Positions 27,277 to 41,238 are shown, counted from the first letter of the stretch. The stretch: 64,000 nucleotides of DNA from Octopus sinensis (GCF_006345805.1 NC_043001.1:109616001-109680000), one strand, 5' to 3'. Numbers and translations are program-made. The notes: a model not told the origin generated them from the letters alone.

Positions 27277-27935
27277 ATTGTTATTATTATCATTATTATT
27301 ATCATTGAGTGAGAGAGCAGTTCATGCCATCAAAGTGACACTGGGGTAAAATATACGAAGCCCAATATACCCATCATGACTACCCGTCTGATAAAGGTAC
27401 ACCAGGCACATGCATCACAACCATATGTGCGCGACATGGTGATCTCATATCAAGATAAACAGCACATGACCTTGCAGGTGGGGCCCAGTTAGAATTTTCT
27501 TCATTTTGAGTAGCCCATCCTGCTCAAACGGTCCCTGAATAAGGGTTGTTTAAGGATGTTGAAAGAACCACCCATGTTTCCAGAGGTGAACTATTCAAAC
27601 CCCAAAGAATCCCTCTCAACACATGGCTATGATGCTCCCCCACTACTTCTGCTCGTGATCAGAGATGCACATATCGTCAGCCACTAAGGGACATGCTCAA
27701 CTGGTTAAGGTCAAACAACTGACAAGCAAATCTGTGGTATTGAGCAGAATATTTGCTGTAGCCCATCTTTTATACCAAGACAAAACAATGTACATGATAA
27801 CACTTCCAATCAGTTAAGATCAGAAGCCATGAGACCCACTGCCTGGTACTGCATCAGGGCATTAGAGCCACTGCCTGGTACTGCATCAGGGCATGTACTG
27901 CATCAGGGCATGTACTGCATCAGGGCATATACTGC
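27277..27935 (-). mobile_element. Non-coding retroelement-like repeat (about 560 bp) with (AAT)n 3' tail and tandemly reiterated 5' end
   Basis: GC-richer block ending on the minus strand in CTCTCTCACTCAATGATAATAAT. The 5' 17-27 nt are repeated four times (27836-27935). No ORF. The family is not identified. Confidence 0.55.
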
Positions 27936-28050
27936 TATTATTATTATTATTATTATTATTCAGGTCACTACTTGGAATCGGACTCGGAATCTTGGGGTTA
28001 GTAGCCTGCGCCCTTAACCCCAAGATTCCGAGTTCGATTCCAAGTAGTGA

Positions 28051-28085
<35 letters not shown>

Positions 28086-28245
28086 GTAATTACAACATCG
28101 AAAAATACCTTAAGAATGAGAACCCAGTTTCGAAATTTCCCCAAAACACCTGGAGGATATATAAGCCAAAACGTCGTGTTAACGACAAACAAGATGAGGA
28201 CAAATATCCGTCAAATGTATATGATGTAAATAATGTAAATGTCTA
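27936..28245 (+). mobile_element. tRNA-headed HHR-SINE (family H1), with 5' inverted duplication and deleted ribozyme core
   Basis: CCCCAAGATTCCGAGTTCGATTCC...GACCTG-(AAT)n-...AACAC-CTG[10-nt deletion]GAGG...AGCC-AAAACGTC-GTGTT-AACGACAAACAAGATGAGG. It is collinear with 34137-34385 and 52100-52672. Confidence 0.75.
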
Positions 28246-29046
28246 TCAATGTTTGATGAGGTTTGAAAGTGTATTTCAGGATTGATGAGCGAAATTGTTT
28301 CGCACATGACGTAGAGATATTATGTAAAGATATGAACCCAAAAGCAAAATAGTTGCTCTGGCCTTTGATTTTGTTGTTATCACGTCTGGCCAATTAGCTG
28401 GCCAGTGGTCAAGAGGCGAGGAGAAATATCCAAATAACTTTTTCATACACGGTTTAGGCAGCAGAGGAAATTTAGTCGTACCGCTAGCTATGGTAAGCGT
28501 AATAAAACGCAAGGTATTCTTTATGAATATTTGTTTCTTGTCTATAAAGCTATAAAAATACCGCATATTTGAAATTAAGCAACGAAGAAATATATCAGTC
28601 ACTCATTGGAATTATCCCTCAAGACTTGCCGAAATTTCATTTGACTGTAAATAGTCACTTCTCGCTATGTTTATAAAATGAGACGTCCTATATCTGATAC
28701 ACCGTATAAGTCATATATCTACACAGGTGGCTTGTTATTTTTTATTATCCATCAAAAATTTTAATTTAAATTTTCTCTTAAATCACTTTTGTAACATTTC
28801 CGTATTGTCAGATACACTATGCAATGTATGAGAGATAAACATTTATGATTTACCTATTGTGTCAAAAAGAGTAAGATACAGCTGGCTTTGGAAGAGAAGA
28901 GACAGGAGCAAAATAACATTTTTGAAACAATGGAAAATAGTTAAATGAAACTATTTAAAATAAATAAAAGTGAGTCTGTGTTTAAATGACACGTAAGAGA
29001 TGATGAAGCGAAGACTTCATTCTCGCAGTTATATGTAAAAGTATAC

Positions 29047-29463
29047 AGGCGCAGTAATGGCTGTGTGGTAAGTAGCCTGCTTACCAACCACATGGTTCCG
29101 GGTTCATTACCTCTGCGTGGTACCTTGGGCAAGTGTCTTTTACTTTAGCCTAGGGCCGACCAAAGCCTTGTGAGTGGATTTGGTAGACGGAATGTGAAAG
29201 AAGCCCGTCATATATATGTATATATATGTGTATGTGTGTGTATATGTTTGTGTGTCAGTGTTTGTCCCCACCCAGCATCGCTTGACAACCGATGCTGGTG
29301 TGTTTACGTCACCGTCAATTAGCGGTTCGGCAAAAGAGAGCGATAGATTAAGTACTAGGCTGACAAAGAATAAGAAGTCCCGAGTTCGATTTACTCGACC
29401 AAAGGCGGTGCTCCAGCACCGCCGCAGTCAAATGACTGAAAGAAGTAACAGAGTAAAAGAGTA
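29047..29463 (+). mobile_element. SINE family B, full length
   Basis: Head AGGCGCAGTAATGGCTGTGTGGTAAG through tail GAGTAAAAGAGTAA. Confidence 0.9.
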
Positions 29464-30054
29464 ACGTAATCATTGAACAGCTTAATGTCAAAATTTGGAA
29501 CCATCGAAATTCTTTGAAGTTGTACGATGTCCATCACTATGTGAGTTTTGAAAACGATTTCTAGAGCTTGATGTGTAAGTATAAGAATTTATTTGATTTT
29601 GATACGCTTAGATAAGTTTAAAAATCATACATAATAGCATTTTCGAGTTTTGCATGGGGAAAATTGTTCGAGAAAGTGTAAAAGATGTAAAAATCATTCT
29701 TTTCTCGTGGTTCACGAAGTTATTTGACTTTCAACTGAATTAATATTATCAAGATCAAGAAGGAATGCAACATTCAGCTCCTCAATAAACTGAAATGGAG
29801 ATTATTACACAATCTTCGAAGACAGCGACACACATGACATCAAAGTTGCTGATAGTTATGCACGTAAGCAACAACAATTCCATTAACCTACAATTCAAAT
29901 TGCACGTTAAGATAACAATTTTATTGTAATACGTCCTGTTTGATGTGTCCAATGAAATTGCTTTGTGCACTTCTTTTCCCCCCATTTCAAGACGCCATTA
30001 ATGTGTATGTTAATGAATGTATGTATGTGTGAATCCATACAAATGTGCATGAAG

Positions 30055-30097
<43 letters not shown>

Positions 30098-30342
30098 GTC
30101 TCCTAACTGGTTATGTCCATTGTGGGTTCTTTAATTTGTTTGAGTTCCAAACCAGACATCAGCCAAACGTAGAGAAATGAGCTTGCTGGAAAATTATGGA
30201 ACGAACTTTTACTGGAAAATGTACTTTCATGCAATCCTTTGACAAGACCCTGTTGCTTATTGGCCCAAACTCACTGTACTTGGAAACTCGGAAATTTTCT
30301 TACGAACGTTATTGGGCTTTGAATTTTACTGATCTCATCTCA

Positions 30343-30690
30343 GTGCTCATCGTCTTTCAGGGACGTTCTTCCACTTTCAAAGCGTTAATGCCATTCGATA
30401 CATTGCATACGACTCATTGTCTCGTCGCTGTATGCTTGGCGAAGCTGGCTCAATGTCTTTGTAGCAGACTTCCAAAGTTTAAAAGCAAAATTTCACGTGG
30501 TTCTTTGAACCAACTTTCTGTCCTTGATAAAATCGCAGACTGCAACATATACGTGATCAGAAAAACACAAATTTGGCAACAAGCGAAGTTTACACACGCA
30601 CCGTCATATGAAGGTCACTGTCAGCTTTCGCTGCGCACACAACCATGTGCTGCGATCTGTCGGTCTGCTATAGAACTAGTCACTATATAT
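30343..30690 (-). mobile_element. Mariner transposon 5' fragment (N-terminal HTH of transposase, pseudogenised)
   Basis: Minus frame reads KLVQRTT*NFAFKLWKSATKTLSQLRQAYSDETMSRMQCIEWH*RFESGRTSLKDDEH, matching the mariner EQR..IKFC.KLGKSATET..ML..AYG...MS....FEW..RF..GR.SL.DD pattern. The 186-aa plus-strand ORF here is its antisense shadow. Confidence 0.82.
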
Positions 30691-30701
30691 ATATATATAA
30701 G

Positions 30702-31080
30702 TTATAAATTAGGGTATCTACGAGATACCATGGCGGGCATTTTGTACTGGCCATGATGCATACGTGCATATATATCTATGTATACGTTCGTATATATAAG
30801 TATTCGTATGTTGTATTTATGTTTCTCTTCTGTGTGTATTCTAAGGACGAGGCAAAGCATTCATAAATGCAAAGTCAGAAATCCGGGATCTAGAATTATC
30901 CAGTAATTTTTTACTAGTTTCATCTTCTCTCTTTGTTTTCTCTCCGTGTTGTGATATGGACAATTACGGTGGTTTTCAGCATGGTGGTATCTCGTAGATA
31001 CCCTAATTTATAATTTTAATAATTACTACCTTTGAAGGTTATTTTTTCCATGCTGGCCACTTGATAAAATCGTTATTTTA
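30702..31080 (+). mobile_element. HHR-bearing non-autonomous element (family H2) with short inverted 5' flank
   Basis: Collinear with 60454-60830. 30702-30729 is the reverse complement of about 30985-31012. A further tail fragment lies at about 36545-36600 (-). Confidence 0.7.
30838..30896 (+). ncRNA. Hammerhead-like fold with mutated core (family H2)
   Basis: ATTCTA-AGGACGA-GGC-aaa-GCATT-cata-AATGC-aaa-GTC-A-GAAA-TCC-G-GGA-TC-TAGAAT. All three stems are present, but core positions 3-4 read AG instead of CU. Confidence 0.6.
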
Positions 31081-31101
31081 TTTTAAATTAACGATCTTAT
31101 C

Positions 31102-31158
<57 letters not shown>

Positions 31159-31162
31159 TATA

Positions 31163-31227
<65 letters not shown>

Positions 31228-31356
31228 ATATATATATGTATTTATATATATATATTATAATATATATATATATATATATAATATATATATTTCGCCATGA
31301 TAGATCGCTAGCCACTACACATTCTATATTTTCTTTCCTGCTTTCTCTCTGTGTTC

Positions 31357-31392
31357 CTTCCTGTAGAAGAGCGTAGGCTCGAAACGTTAAAG
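31357..31392 (+). ncRNA. Minimal hammerhead-like motif, CUGUAGA core variant
   Basis: CTTC-CTGTAGA-A-GAGC-gtag-GCTC-GAAA-CG-TT-AAAG. The architecture matches 10781-10815 with covarying stem I, with U at position 6. Confidence 0.55.
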
Positions 31393-32188
31393 AGCCTTTT
31401 AGACGATCCCCCAGCACTCCCGCAGTCTAACGACTGAAATAAGTGACATGTATATCTAGCATTCATAACTTGGCTCTACCTTATATAATATATAACAGCA
31501 TGTATCCAGATTAAATCATCATAATTTTTACTACCAAACTTGTAATTCTACAGTGAATAATTTTCAATTATATATTTCCATTCTATATTTCTGTTATTGC
31601 CTTGTGATTTACAATTACAGAAAATAAATAGGAATTTTTCTTTTAATTAAATTAATTATCGAAAAATGCTACCATTGAGTGCAACGCTATTTGTTATAGA
31701 TATTATCATGGAAGGAATACATCGAAATATTTATACAGTGATTCAATATAAACGTTCAGAGATAATGCTGGAAGACATTTTTCGATTTCCATAAAGAAAT
31801 ATTTATCTTTCCATTACAATTAACGTAAGATATTTTGAAGAATCTTCGTGGCATTGATTGTATAAGTTGTTCGGTACAAAATTCGATTAATTTTAAAAGT
31901 AATAGTTTCTACAGTAATTATTACTTATACTTAATAACAGGCAGTACTAACTTCATATATCTAAAAGAACATTTGTCTTCATATTTTTCAAATATAATGT
32001 TATGTTTCTTCAAATGATTTCAGAAATACCGCAATTTGTTGTATATGGTGGCTTACTTAGTCAAAGTCGACTTCAGGCTCGTTTAAGCGGTTACCTATAA
32101 GGCTTCCTCAGACCCACACAAACTTGGCACCCGCTTTTCAATGTAGCGCAACAGTTGTCTCTCGTTCATAAGAAAATTTCACATAACT

Positions 32189-32500
32189 GGCACTCCGTCA
32201 GTTACGACGACGAGTGTTCAAACTGAGCCGGTCAACGGAACAACCTAATCGTGAAATTAACGTGCGAATGATTGGGCACTCACTCTACAAACACGAGTAC
32301 TCTTAACGTAGTTACTTAAAAGGTTCTGCGTGACACAAAGGCTGGCTCTTTGAATTGCACGTACTACTGAATTTTTCCAGCTGGGTGGACTAAAGCAACG
32401 TGAAATAAACTCACTTGCTAAAGGATACAATGCGCCGCCAAGAATGGAACTCACGACGGTACGGTCGTGAGGTGAATACAGTACCCACTAAGCCACGCAT
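32189..32500 (-). mobile_element. SINE family D (CORE-like middle) carrying the family C 3' half
   Basis: The 5' half resembles 55182-55330. The 3' half (TTCAAAG..CC...GTCACGC...CACGTTAATTTCACGA...GTCGTAACTGACGGAGTGC) resembles family C. Confidence 0.7.
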
Positions 32501-32545
32501 ATTTACACCGACTTTTCACATAGAGCAATATTACTAACGTTATTG

Positions 32546-33084
32546 AAGGCGGCGAGGTTGACTTTACCTTTCATCCTTTCGGGAACGATAAAATAAGTAC
32601 CAGTTACACACTGGGGTCTATGTAATCAACTTATTCCGTTTGTCTGGCCTTGTTTGTCTCCTCTGTGTGTAGGCCCTTGTGGGGAGTAAAGAAATAAGAA
32701 AAGTTAGCACGCCGGGTGAAATGCGTAGCCGTATTTCGCCTGTCGTTACGTTCTGAGTTCAAATTCCGCCGAGGTCGACTTTGCCTTTCATCCTTTCGGT
32801 GTCGATTATATAAGTACCAGTTACGCACTGGGGTCGATGTAATTGACTTAATCCGTTTGTCTGTCGTTGTTTGTCCTCTCTGTGTTTAGTTCCTTGTGGG
32901 TAGTAATGAAATAGGCTTTTCGTCTGTCCTTACCTTCTGAGTCCAAATTCCGCCGAGGTAGATTTTGCGTTTCATTCCTTCGGGTGAAGGGCCGATAAAT
33001 TAAGCACCAGTTGCGTACTGAGGTCAATCTAATCGACTGGCCCCTTCCCCCCAAATTTTAGGTCTTGTGCCTAGAGTAGAAAAG
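32546..33084 (+). mobile_element. SINE A/A' three-unit nested array with 15-bp TSD
   Basis: Junctions are at 32697 (AAATA|AGAA) and 32914 (AAATA|GGCTTTTCGTCTG). The last unit has a type-2 tail. ATTACTAACGTTATT flanks the array (32530-32544 and 33085-33099). Confidence 0.88.
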
Positions 33085-33470
33085 ATTACTAACGTTATTT
33101 TCAGCAAATTTCTTGACATCTCCGGAATGTACGACGAAAAATCCGGCTTATTGTTTAATACCCTTTTGACAAATACTTAAGAACATAAGATTCTCTTTAA
33201 CCTACATTTTAATAATAGTGTGTTATTTAGAGTGCACGGAAATCAGACGAACTTCTTTTGTTTGTTAACTCGGCTTTCTTTCTGTTGATTAATCCGTCAC
33301 CATATTTTCAGTCAAATGGGATGTGGAAAAATACCTTACCGAAGAGAACCATGCTTACCTCACCTAAAATAACATACACATGATTCAAAACGCAATTCCA
33401 GCATCGATCTGTGCACTTTATTGTTCTAAAATTAAATAAAGGAAACCTAAACCTGTGAATGCATGCATCC

Positions 33471-33585
33471 GTCCCTCTGTCCGTCCGTCCGTCCGTCCGT
33501 CCGTCCGTCCGTCCATCCATCCATCCATCCATCCATCCATCCATCCATCCATCCGTCCGTCCGTCCGTCCGTCCGTCCGTCCGTC
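33471..33585. repeat. Compound tetranucleotide microsatellite (CCGT)n(CCAT)n(CCGT)n
   Basis: Read directly from the sequence. Confidence 0.95.
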
Positions 33586-34136
33586 GAACATTGATAAGAA
33601 GTTTGCAAATCTAATAGTCAAGGTACACTTTCAGATTCATAACCATTATTATTCGAGGAAGAGGATACATAGCAATCCGTCTGGAACAAAGTATGGCTAA
33701 ACTTGGTTTCTTGGGGAGAAACTGCAAACCCTTAATTCATAAGCTACAAAGTATCACGATATCTGGGACTACGAAAATCTGCATGATCTGAAGATTTAAA
33801 GGATAACGGGTAACTTATGATATTTTCCTTCACAACCTTGCAACAAACTCGGTGGCTGGTCAAAATTTACTCTAAATTATAAACAGAAAAGAAGCTATGC
33901 AAACAGGCATGGAAACACATTCTTCTAAATACGGCTTTATTCTAAGTGCAGCCTTATTCGAATGGCACAATGCGCCGCCAAGAATAGAACTCACAACCGT
34001 ATGATTGTTAGTCGGATACCGTTTGTTTATCTGTCGGGAAGATGTAGATGGCTGTAAACTCCTGCGGTACCGAAAATTACACAACCACCTATTTACAAAA
34101 TACTACCCCATATTTTGAATATCATAAATTCATAGT

Positions 34137-34265
34137 TTACATTATTTACATTTGACGGATATTTGTCCTCATCTTGTTTGTTGTTATCAACATTTCATCT
34201 GATATATCCCCCAGCCTTCATTAGGTACCTTGGGGAAATTTCGAACCTGGGTTTCCATTCCTAAT

Positions 34266-34307
<42 letters not shown>

Positions 34308-34397
34308 TCATTGCCTGCAATCGATCTCGGAATCTTGGGCTTAGTAGCCCGGACTCTTAACCACTACGCCATATACCCGTAGGCATATAGAACTGTA
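34137..34397 (-). mobile_element. tRNA-headed HHR-SINE (family H1) with complete head and degenerate ribozyme
   Basis: Minus strand: TGGCGTAGTGGTTAAGAG (A box)...CCGAGATCGATTGC (B-box-like)-GACCTG-(AAT)n-...GGTAC-CTAATGA-AGGCTG...CAGAT-GAAATGTT...AATGTAAATAATGTA. The inverted terminal piece TATAGAACTGTA is at 34386-34397. Confidence 0.75.
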
Positions 34398-34984
34398 TCA
34401 TTAATTCACTTGTGTATGGCAAGGCTCCATAGCGCAGGTAAAGAAAATAAATACAATTCTTTTTAATTGGTATGTAGTATGAAATGAAACACTGCCGAAA
34501 TGATATTTTAATGGCGGTAAACATATATGCAAAGTATTGGTAAGTATTGGTGGTAGAAATGAAAGTAATATGCGATATTGGAAGTAGGGCGAGCTGGCAG
34601 AGTGGTTAGCACGCCGAGAGAAATTCTTAGCAATGTTAATAAAGTAAAATTACATTATTGACATTGTTGTACAAATCACGCACTGGTGAGGAATGAAGTG
34701 TATAATTGGGAATAGAAAAATGGAACTTAACGCTACCTTGAACTTCATTATTACAAATAGGAGAGAATGGGTTATGTTCCTAAACAAGTTTTACTGCTGA
34801 GAGTGTTTGCTATTTTAAAGGTAAATATACGTTCAGTTTTAAAGCGCGGGTCACCGAGTGAACTTTAAGCAAATTCCAATATCTGAACACAAAAAAATAC
34901 TAGAAATAGGTAACTTAATGAAATATTTGAGATAATTAAATATGTAATAACAATTCCTGCAGATTAACTCCAATATCTCAACAT

Positions 34985-35156
34985 CCTTTCTACTAGGCCT
35001 AAAATTTGTGGGAGGGGTAAGTCATTTATATCGACCCCAGTACTCAATTGGTACTGAATTTATAGATCCCGAATGGAGGAAAGGCAAAGTCGACCTCGGT
35101 GGAATTTGAACTCAGAACGTAGCGTCAGACGAAATACCAATTTCTTTATTGCCCAC
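34985..35156 (-). mobile_element. SINE A' remainder preceded by an 18-nt type-1 tail
   Basis: Minus strand GTGGGCAATAAAGAAATT|GGTATTTCGTCTG, with the junction at 35138/35139. Confidence 0.75.
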
Positions 35157-35255
35157 CATCTAATGAACTGGGTGAAGCTGGAAACGGAAGATCCTTACTG
35201 ACATCCGCTAACTCCCCTAGTTGGTCGACACAGTAGTGTTTCCTTGCAGATACTC

Positions 35256-35700
35256 GGCGCAGGCGTGGCTATGGGATAAGACGTCTGTTTCCCAGCCACG
35301 AGGTTTTCGGGTTCAGTCCCGCTGCGTGGCAACTTGGGCAAGACTCTTTGACTATATCCCTGGGCCGACCAAAGCTCTGAGAGTGTATTTGGTAGACGGG
35401 AACCGAAAGAGGTGTGTGTGTGTGTGTGTGTGTGTGTTTGTGTGTGTGTATGTGTGTGTGTGTGTGTGAGTGTGTGTGTGTGTGTGTAATTTGCCTCTGC
35501 GTTTTTTCCACACCACTGATTGGTTCTGTTTACGCTCCCATAACTTAGCGGTTCGGTAAAAACAAAACGAACGAATAAGTAAAAGGTTTATTATATAAAT
35601 ACTGGTGTCCTTTCATTCAACTAAACCCATTCTTCAAAGCAGTGCACCAGCATGGCCGCAGTCTAATAACAAAAATGTAAAAGGCTTAAAGTCTAAAAGT
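35256..35700 (+). mobile_element. SINE family B, diverged full length
   Basis: Head, internal (TG)n and 3' CCAGCATGGCCGCAGTC are all recognisable. Confidence 0.8.
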
Positions 35701-36143
35701 ACCTGCATGTTCGGTGGTAAGTGTAACAGGACCAATACTTTCAAGAGAAATTCCTCTCAGGAATTATTTTCGACCATTTCCTTAGTACTTCATAGTAGTT
35801 GTGAAAGTCTTTTATAGCCTCAAGTTTCACTGTTTCAAAATTTCACATAACACTTTAGATGAGAGCTGGAAGCGAGTTTTAATATCTCTAGTTTAATTTC
35901 CAGGTTGGAAATTATACCTGTAGGAGCTGTAATTAAGTCCTTTATTTCACCATTTAAGGGTGGCGGGAGAACGCTTATTGATAAATTGAGCTAGTGAGAT
36001 TCTGGCAGTATTTTGTTAACGGAAAATTAAGCTTCCAACTGCAAGAGTCCAACTACATTATATCTAGTCCGAGGAGGTGATGTGTCGGAAATGATACGAC
36101 ACGGAACTCGTGAGGTGAAAATGTATACCAAAATGCATACACA

Positions 36144-36189
<46 letters not shown>

Positions 36190-37548
36190 ACACACACACA
36201 CACACCACACACACACACGTCTTTAATCGTCATGTGTATCAGTCATTAGACTGCGGCCATACGTGGACGTAAACATAGGAACATTGGTTGTTGAGCTCTG
36301 GTAGGGGACAAATCTACTCACAAAAAAAACACACACACAGATACATGTATATATATATATGTAGGTGAGAAAGTTGGTGTGTGAAAGCACGTGGTTGGAT
36401 GTATAAAAAATAGAAAAGAGTGTAAAAACTACCGAAGGCTTATTTTATAAGGTTAAAGAATATGTTTACGTCGTTATATATATATATATATATATATTTA
36501 TATGCCTAACGTAGGATAACATTTTTTCCGAAAAAAAAAATTTTATCAATGGCCAGCATATAAAAAAATACCTTTAAAGGTTAAATTTATAAATAAATAT
36601 ATAAATATTTATTTATATATGTATATGTATATTCAACGGGCCCCTTTCAGCCTCCTACAATATTCCGTCACAAGGTTTTGGTCGGCCCCTGACTGCAGTA
36701 GAAGATACTTGCCTGTGATTCCACATAGTGGTACCAAACACAGGACCTTGAAGTTGGGGAGCAAACATTTTACCACAGGGTCACACCTACGCTCGTAAGG
36801 CCACCCCTGCGATTCTCAATATATCAGAAATGAAACGACAGATTGACGCTTGTAGCTAATATGCCAATAACACCGTGGCTCTCAACTGGCGTCTATATTT
36901 GAAGTTGTTGTTGACAAACAACAGCAACAATTTTATTCCGCTGAATACACGTCATTGATTAGTTGAAAATACCGAAATACGACAACTTTAACAAAAAATA
37001 ACTTCCAAAAACAGAATTTTCTCAACAACGCCAAGAGTAAAAGATGTTTTATGTGACACATTCTACTAGTATACGAAGTTTGAAAGTGTTTAGTTACAAA
37101 AAATTATTTCTAAAATCTGTCGGTTAAACGATAAAGATTCCATACTAAAATTAAAATTTTATTCATTTTTAGCTCTCAGAATATTTGCATATATTTATTT
37201 GTACAACAGCTTTTTGAATGCAACATCTTGGAAGAGAGAATCGGTATGGTTGTTACAATCTTTATTCCATGAAATATAGTATTTATTTGCATGGAAAATG
37301 TTCTTAGTTTAAACACCTCATGATAGAATTGATCATGATGCGTTTACGACGTTTTGTATTGGGCGAGAATAATTCTCTATTCCTATTTGCAGTGACTAGC
37401 GCTTAAATATTTATGAAGAATAATTCAACATGTAAGTAATTTTTTCATTAGAATCAATCAAGGATTATTGTTTCTAATCTATCCGTCCGCGCATCCATCC
37501 ATCTGCCCATCCAACCATCTATCTATCTATCTTTATATATACACACAC

Positions 37549-37605
<57 letters not shown>

Positions 37606-37744
37606 ATATATATGTGTGTGTGTATGTGTGTGCGCCCCCACGTGTTTAAAGTAAGAACGAGATGGATGGATGGATACACTAAGTAGATAGATGCATAAAT
37701 ATATACATACACATATGTGTGTGTGTATATATCTGTGTATATAT

Positions 37745-37777
<33 letters not shown>

Positions 37778-38328
37778 ACTGTTTCTAGCTGCATCTTGTG
37801 CGTGCATTTGTATACATGTGTCCACAGGTGCGTGTATTTGTTTTTACGCTTGTATTCTATTGTTATTTCCAGCCTCTGGGTTCTGGTTTTGCTTATATAT
37901 ATTTTCTTTTCTCTCTTATCTTTGTATTGACGTCATGTCTCTATTCACAAACTAGTTATTTAGAAAGGTGTTTGCAAATACACAATCTCCATTATATTTT
38001 TCGCTTATTTAACGTTGATGTTTGCGCGAATTGTTTCGCCTTCGAAAACAGTTTTTCTGTAGACAGGAATTGTCACGTACTGGAGTTCTGTCTGTCTTTC
38101 ATAACCAACTCATTTTTTTATAACAAGTAAACATCAAATCCACTTTTATTATTTATTAATTTTTTTCTATGACATACAAGTTGAACTAAAGGGGCATGTC
38201 AATTAAGAAGAGAATCGGAATGTGGAGTGAACCAGCTGACCTCGAACAAGGCCTCTATAATGAAAAACAGAATTAAGAAGAATGAAAATTACTCATGTTT
38301 ACGAGAGTCTCAACGAGGTATCGAGTAG

Positions 38329-38368
<40 letters not shown>

Positions 38369-38369
38369 G

Positions 38370-38408
<39 letters not shown>

Positions 38409-39356
38409 CACACACATATATGTATACATACATGAGTATGTGAGTATGTGTGTGCGTGTCTATGTGTGTGTGTATCTATACATATGTATATATAGATGTA
38501 TCTATATATATATGCATATATGAATATATATATGTATATACATGTATGTATATATAAGTATACATATACATAAGTATATACCTATATATGTATATATATG
38601 CTTATATATATGCATATATATACATATTAAGCATATGTATTTATATATATATATATATATATCCTTATTTAAAATGAAGACTGACTGACTGCATAATAGT
38701 ATGTAACATGACTGTTTGAGGCGTGTCTAAGAATTGTTACCAGAGTAAATTTTATTATTCTCCAATGCACAATCAGTAATACCCAATCAGTCAGTCTGTC
38801 GATCCGTGTAAATGTTATGCACACACACACACGCACACACAGAGGCGTGCACACATACGCACACAGACGCGCGCACACACACACACACTCACACACATAT
38901 ACACACGTAGGCAAAGTGCGTCAAATTGGTAGAATCCACACAACGACCAATGAAATGCTTTGTTTTCTTTGTACGGTTCGCTGTACTTTTACGTGAAATT
39001 TTGCCTCGGCTATTTCACTTCCTTCTTGTTTTTCGTAAGCTGAAGAATAAATAACGTGTATAGTTTCGTGACTTGGGTGAGAATTAAAACTCTAACAAAA
39101 TATAAGTATGCCATAAGGAAAAAAACCTCACAATAATAGCCATCACTAATATACTTTTAAATTCTTTCAATAACTACGGGGAATAACAAAGAACAGATTT
39201 CTGTCTTGTCATAACCTCATCAGAAAAGATTTCATTGTACGTAGAAAATTAGTAAAGCCAACATCACTTATATATTGGAATTAATTATACGATGTGGAAA
39301 TAAACTCTTTTATTTGGCTCACATTTTGTGTGCGAAGAGTAAATAAAATTTTGTAT

Positions 39357-39868
<512 letters not shown>

Positions 39869-40234
39869 ACAAATCATTTAACTCAGAAATCATTTAAACT
39901 TCATAAACGTCATCCTGTCTTGAAATGATATTCAAGTTTTTTCCTGCTAAAAATAAAAGAGAACTTTGGCCTGTATACAGTTTCACAACTAACTAAAAAG
40001 TTTTATTCTTTTTGTCATATACGATGAAATATTGTGCATCGAATTTCACAAACTGTGTTTTAGTTGACATTTTTTTTCTCCTATAACAAACTAAATTATA
40101 TTTTCTGCCATTTACTATTTTGTAAAAAAAACTCCTTCTATTTCTTGTATATTCTGTCGAGATGAACGTCGGGCCAGATATAATTGATAGCAAGAGCAGC
40201 TAAAACAACAGCAATAATAAAAATATTTTTTTTT

Positions 40235-40532
40235 AATATAGACACAAGGCCAGTAATTTTGAGAGTGTGGAGGTGGAGAACTCGATTATATCAACCTCAA
40301 TACGTGACTGTTATCGATTATATCAACCTCGGTTTAATAGACACAAGGCCAACAATTTTGAGAGTAATGGGTGGAGAAATTGATTATATCAACCACAATA
40401 CTTGACTCTTACTAATTTTATCCCTCCAAAAGGATAAACTAACTTCGGCGGAAATTGAACTCAGAACATAAAGGACTAGCGGAAATGCCGCGAAACATTC
40501 TGTTCGTCACGCGAACGATTCTGCCAGTTCCC
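40235..40532 (-). mobile_element. SINE A' with tandemly duplicated tail
   Basis: ATAGACACAAGGCCA..ATTTTGAGAG occurs twice (near 40238 and 40337). A degenerate core and head follow. Confidence 0.65.
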
Positions 40533-40819
40533 CGACTTAGCCTATTAACTTCCAAATTTTCTTATTCATATTTTTTGGTGTTTGCCAGGTGTCTTAGGAG
40601 CTATTTTGTGCATTATTTTGTAAATTATGATAAATTTTTCGAAAATTCCCGAAAATGGATATCGCTGAAAAACAGCATATTTAACTTTTTTCCATTCAAT
40701 TGCAATAATAAACATATTAAGTTTGTTAAAACTATAGTATCAAATGACAATGTGCATGAAATATCAATGCATGATATAGATGGGAAATGCAGAAAAAAAA
40801 ACAAACAAAAAAAAACATT

Positions 40820-41238
40820 GGAGTGGCTGTGTGGTAAGTAGCTTGCTAACCAACCACATGGTTCCGGGTTCAGTCCCACTGCGTGGCATCTTGGTCAAAT
40901 GTCTTCTACTATAGCCTCGGGCCGACCAAAGCCTTGTAAGTGGATTTGGTTGACGGAAACTGAAAGAAGCCCGTCGTATATATGTATATACATATATATA
41001 TGTATGTATGTGTGTGTGTGTTTGTGTGTCTGTGTTTGTCCCTCTAGCATTGCTTGACAACCGATGCTGGTGTGTTTACGTCCCCGTCACCTAGCGGTTC
41101 GGCAAAAGAGACCGATAGAATAAGTACTGGGCTTACAAAAGAATAAGTCCCGGGTCGATTTGCCTGACTAAAGGCGGTGCTCCAGCATGGCCGCAGTCAA
41201 ATGACTGAAACAAGTAAAAGAGTAAAAGAGTAAAGAGT
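40820..41238 (+). mobile_element. SINE family B, young full length
   Basis: All segments are intact, with a (GAGTAAAA)n tail. Confidence 0.92.

Noticed and set aside
30196-30756. 186-aa plus-strand ORF
   Set aside because: It is the antisense shadow of the minus-strand mariner fragment.
37940-38300. Fragments resembling hAT (STEKLFSKAK) and, at 25830-25920, a FLYWCH-like YWRC motif
   Set aside because: They are too short and interrupted by stops to support a call.
39185-39235. Minus-strand CTGATGA...GAAA spacing
   Set aside because: Stems I and III do not pair. Similar failures occur at 5341, 26524, 27073, 49967, 56070 and 59630.
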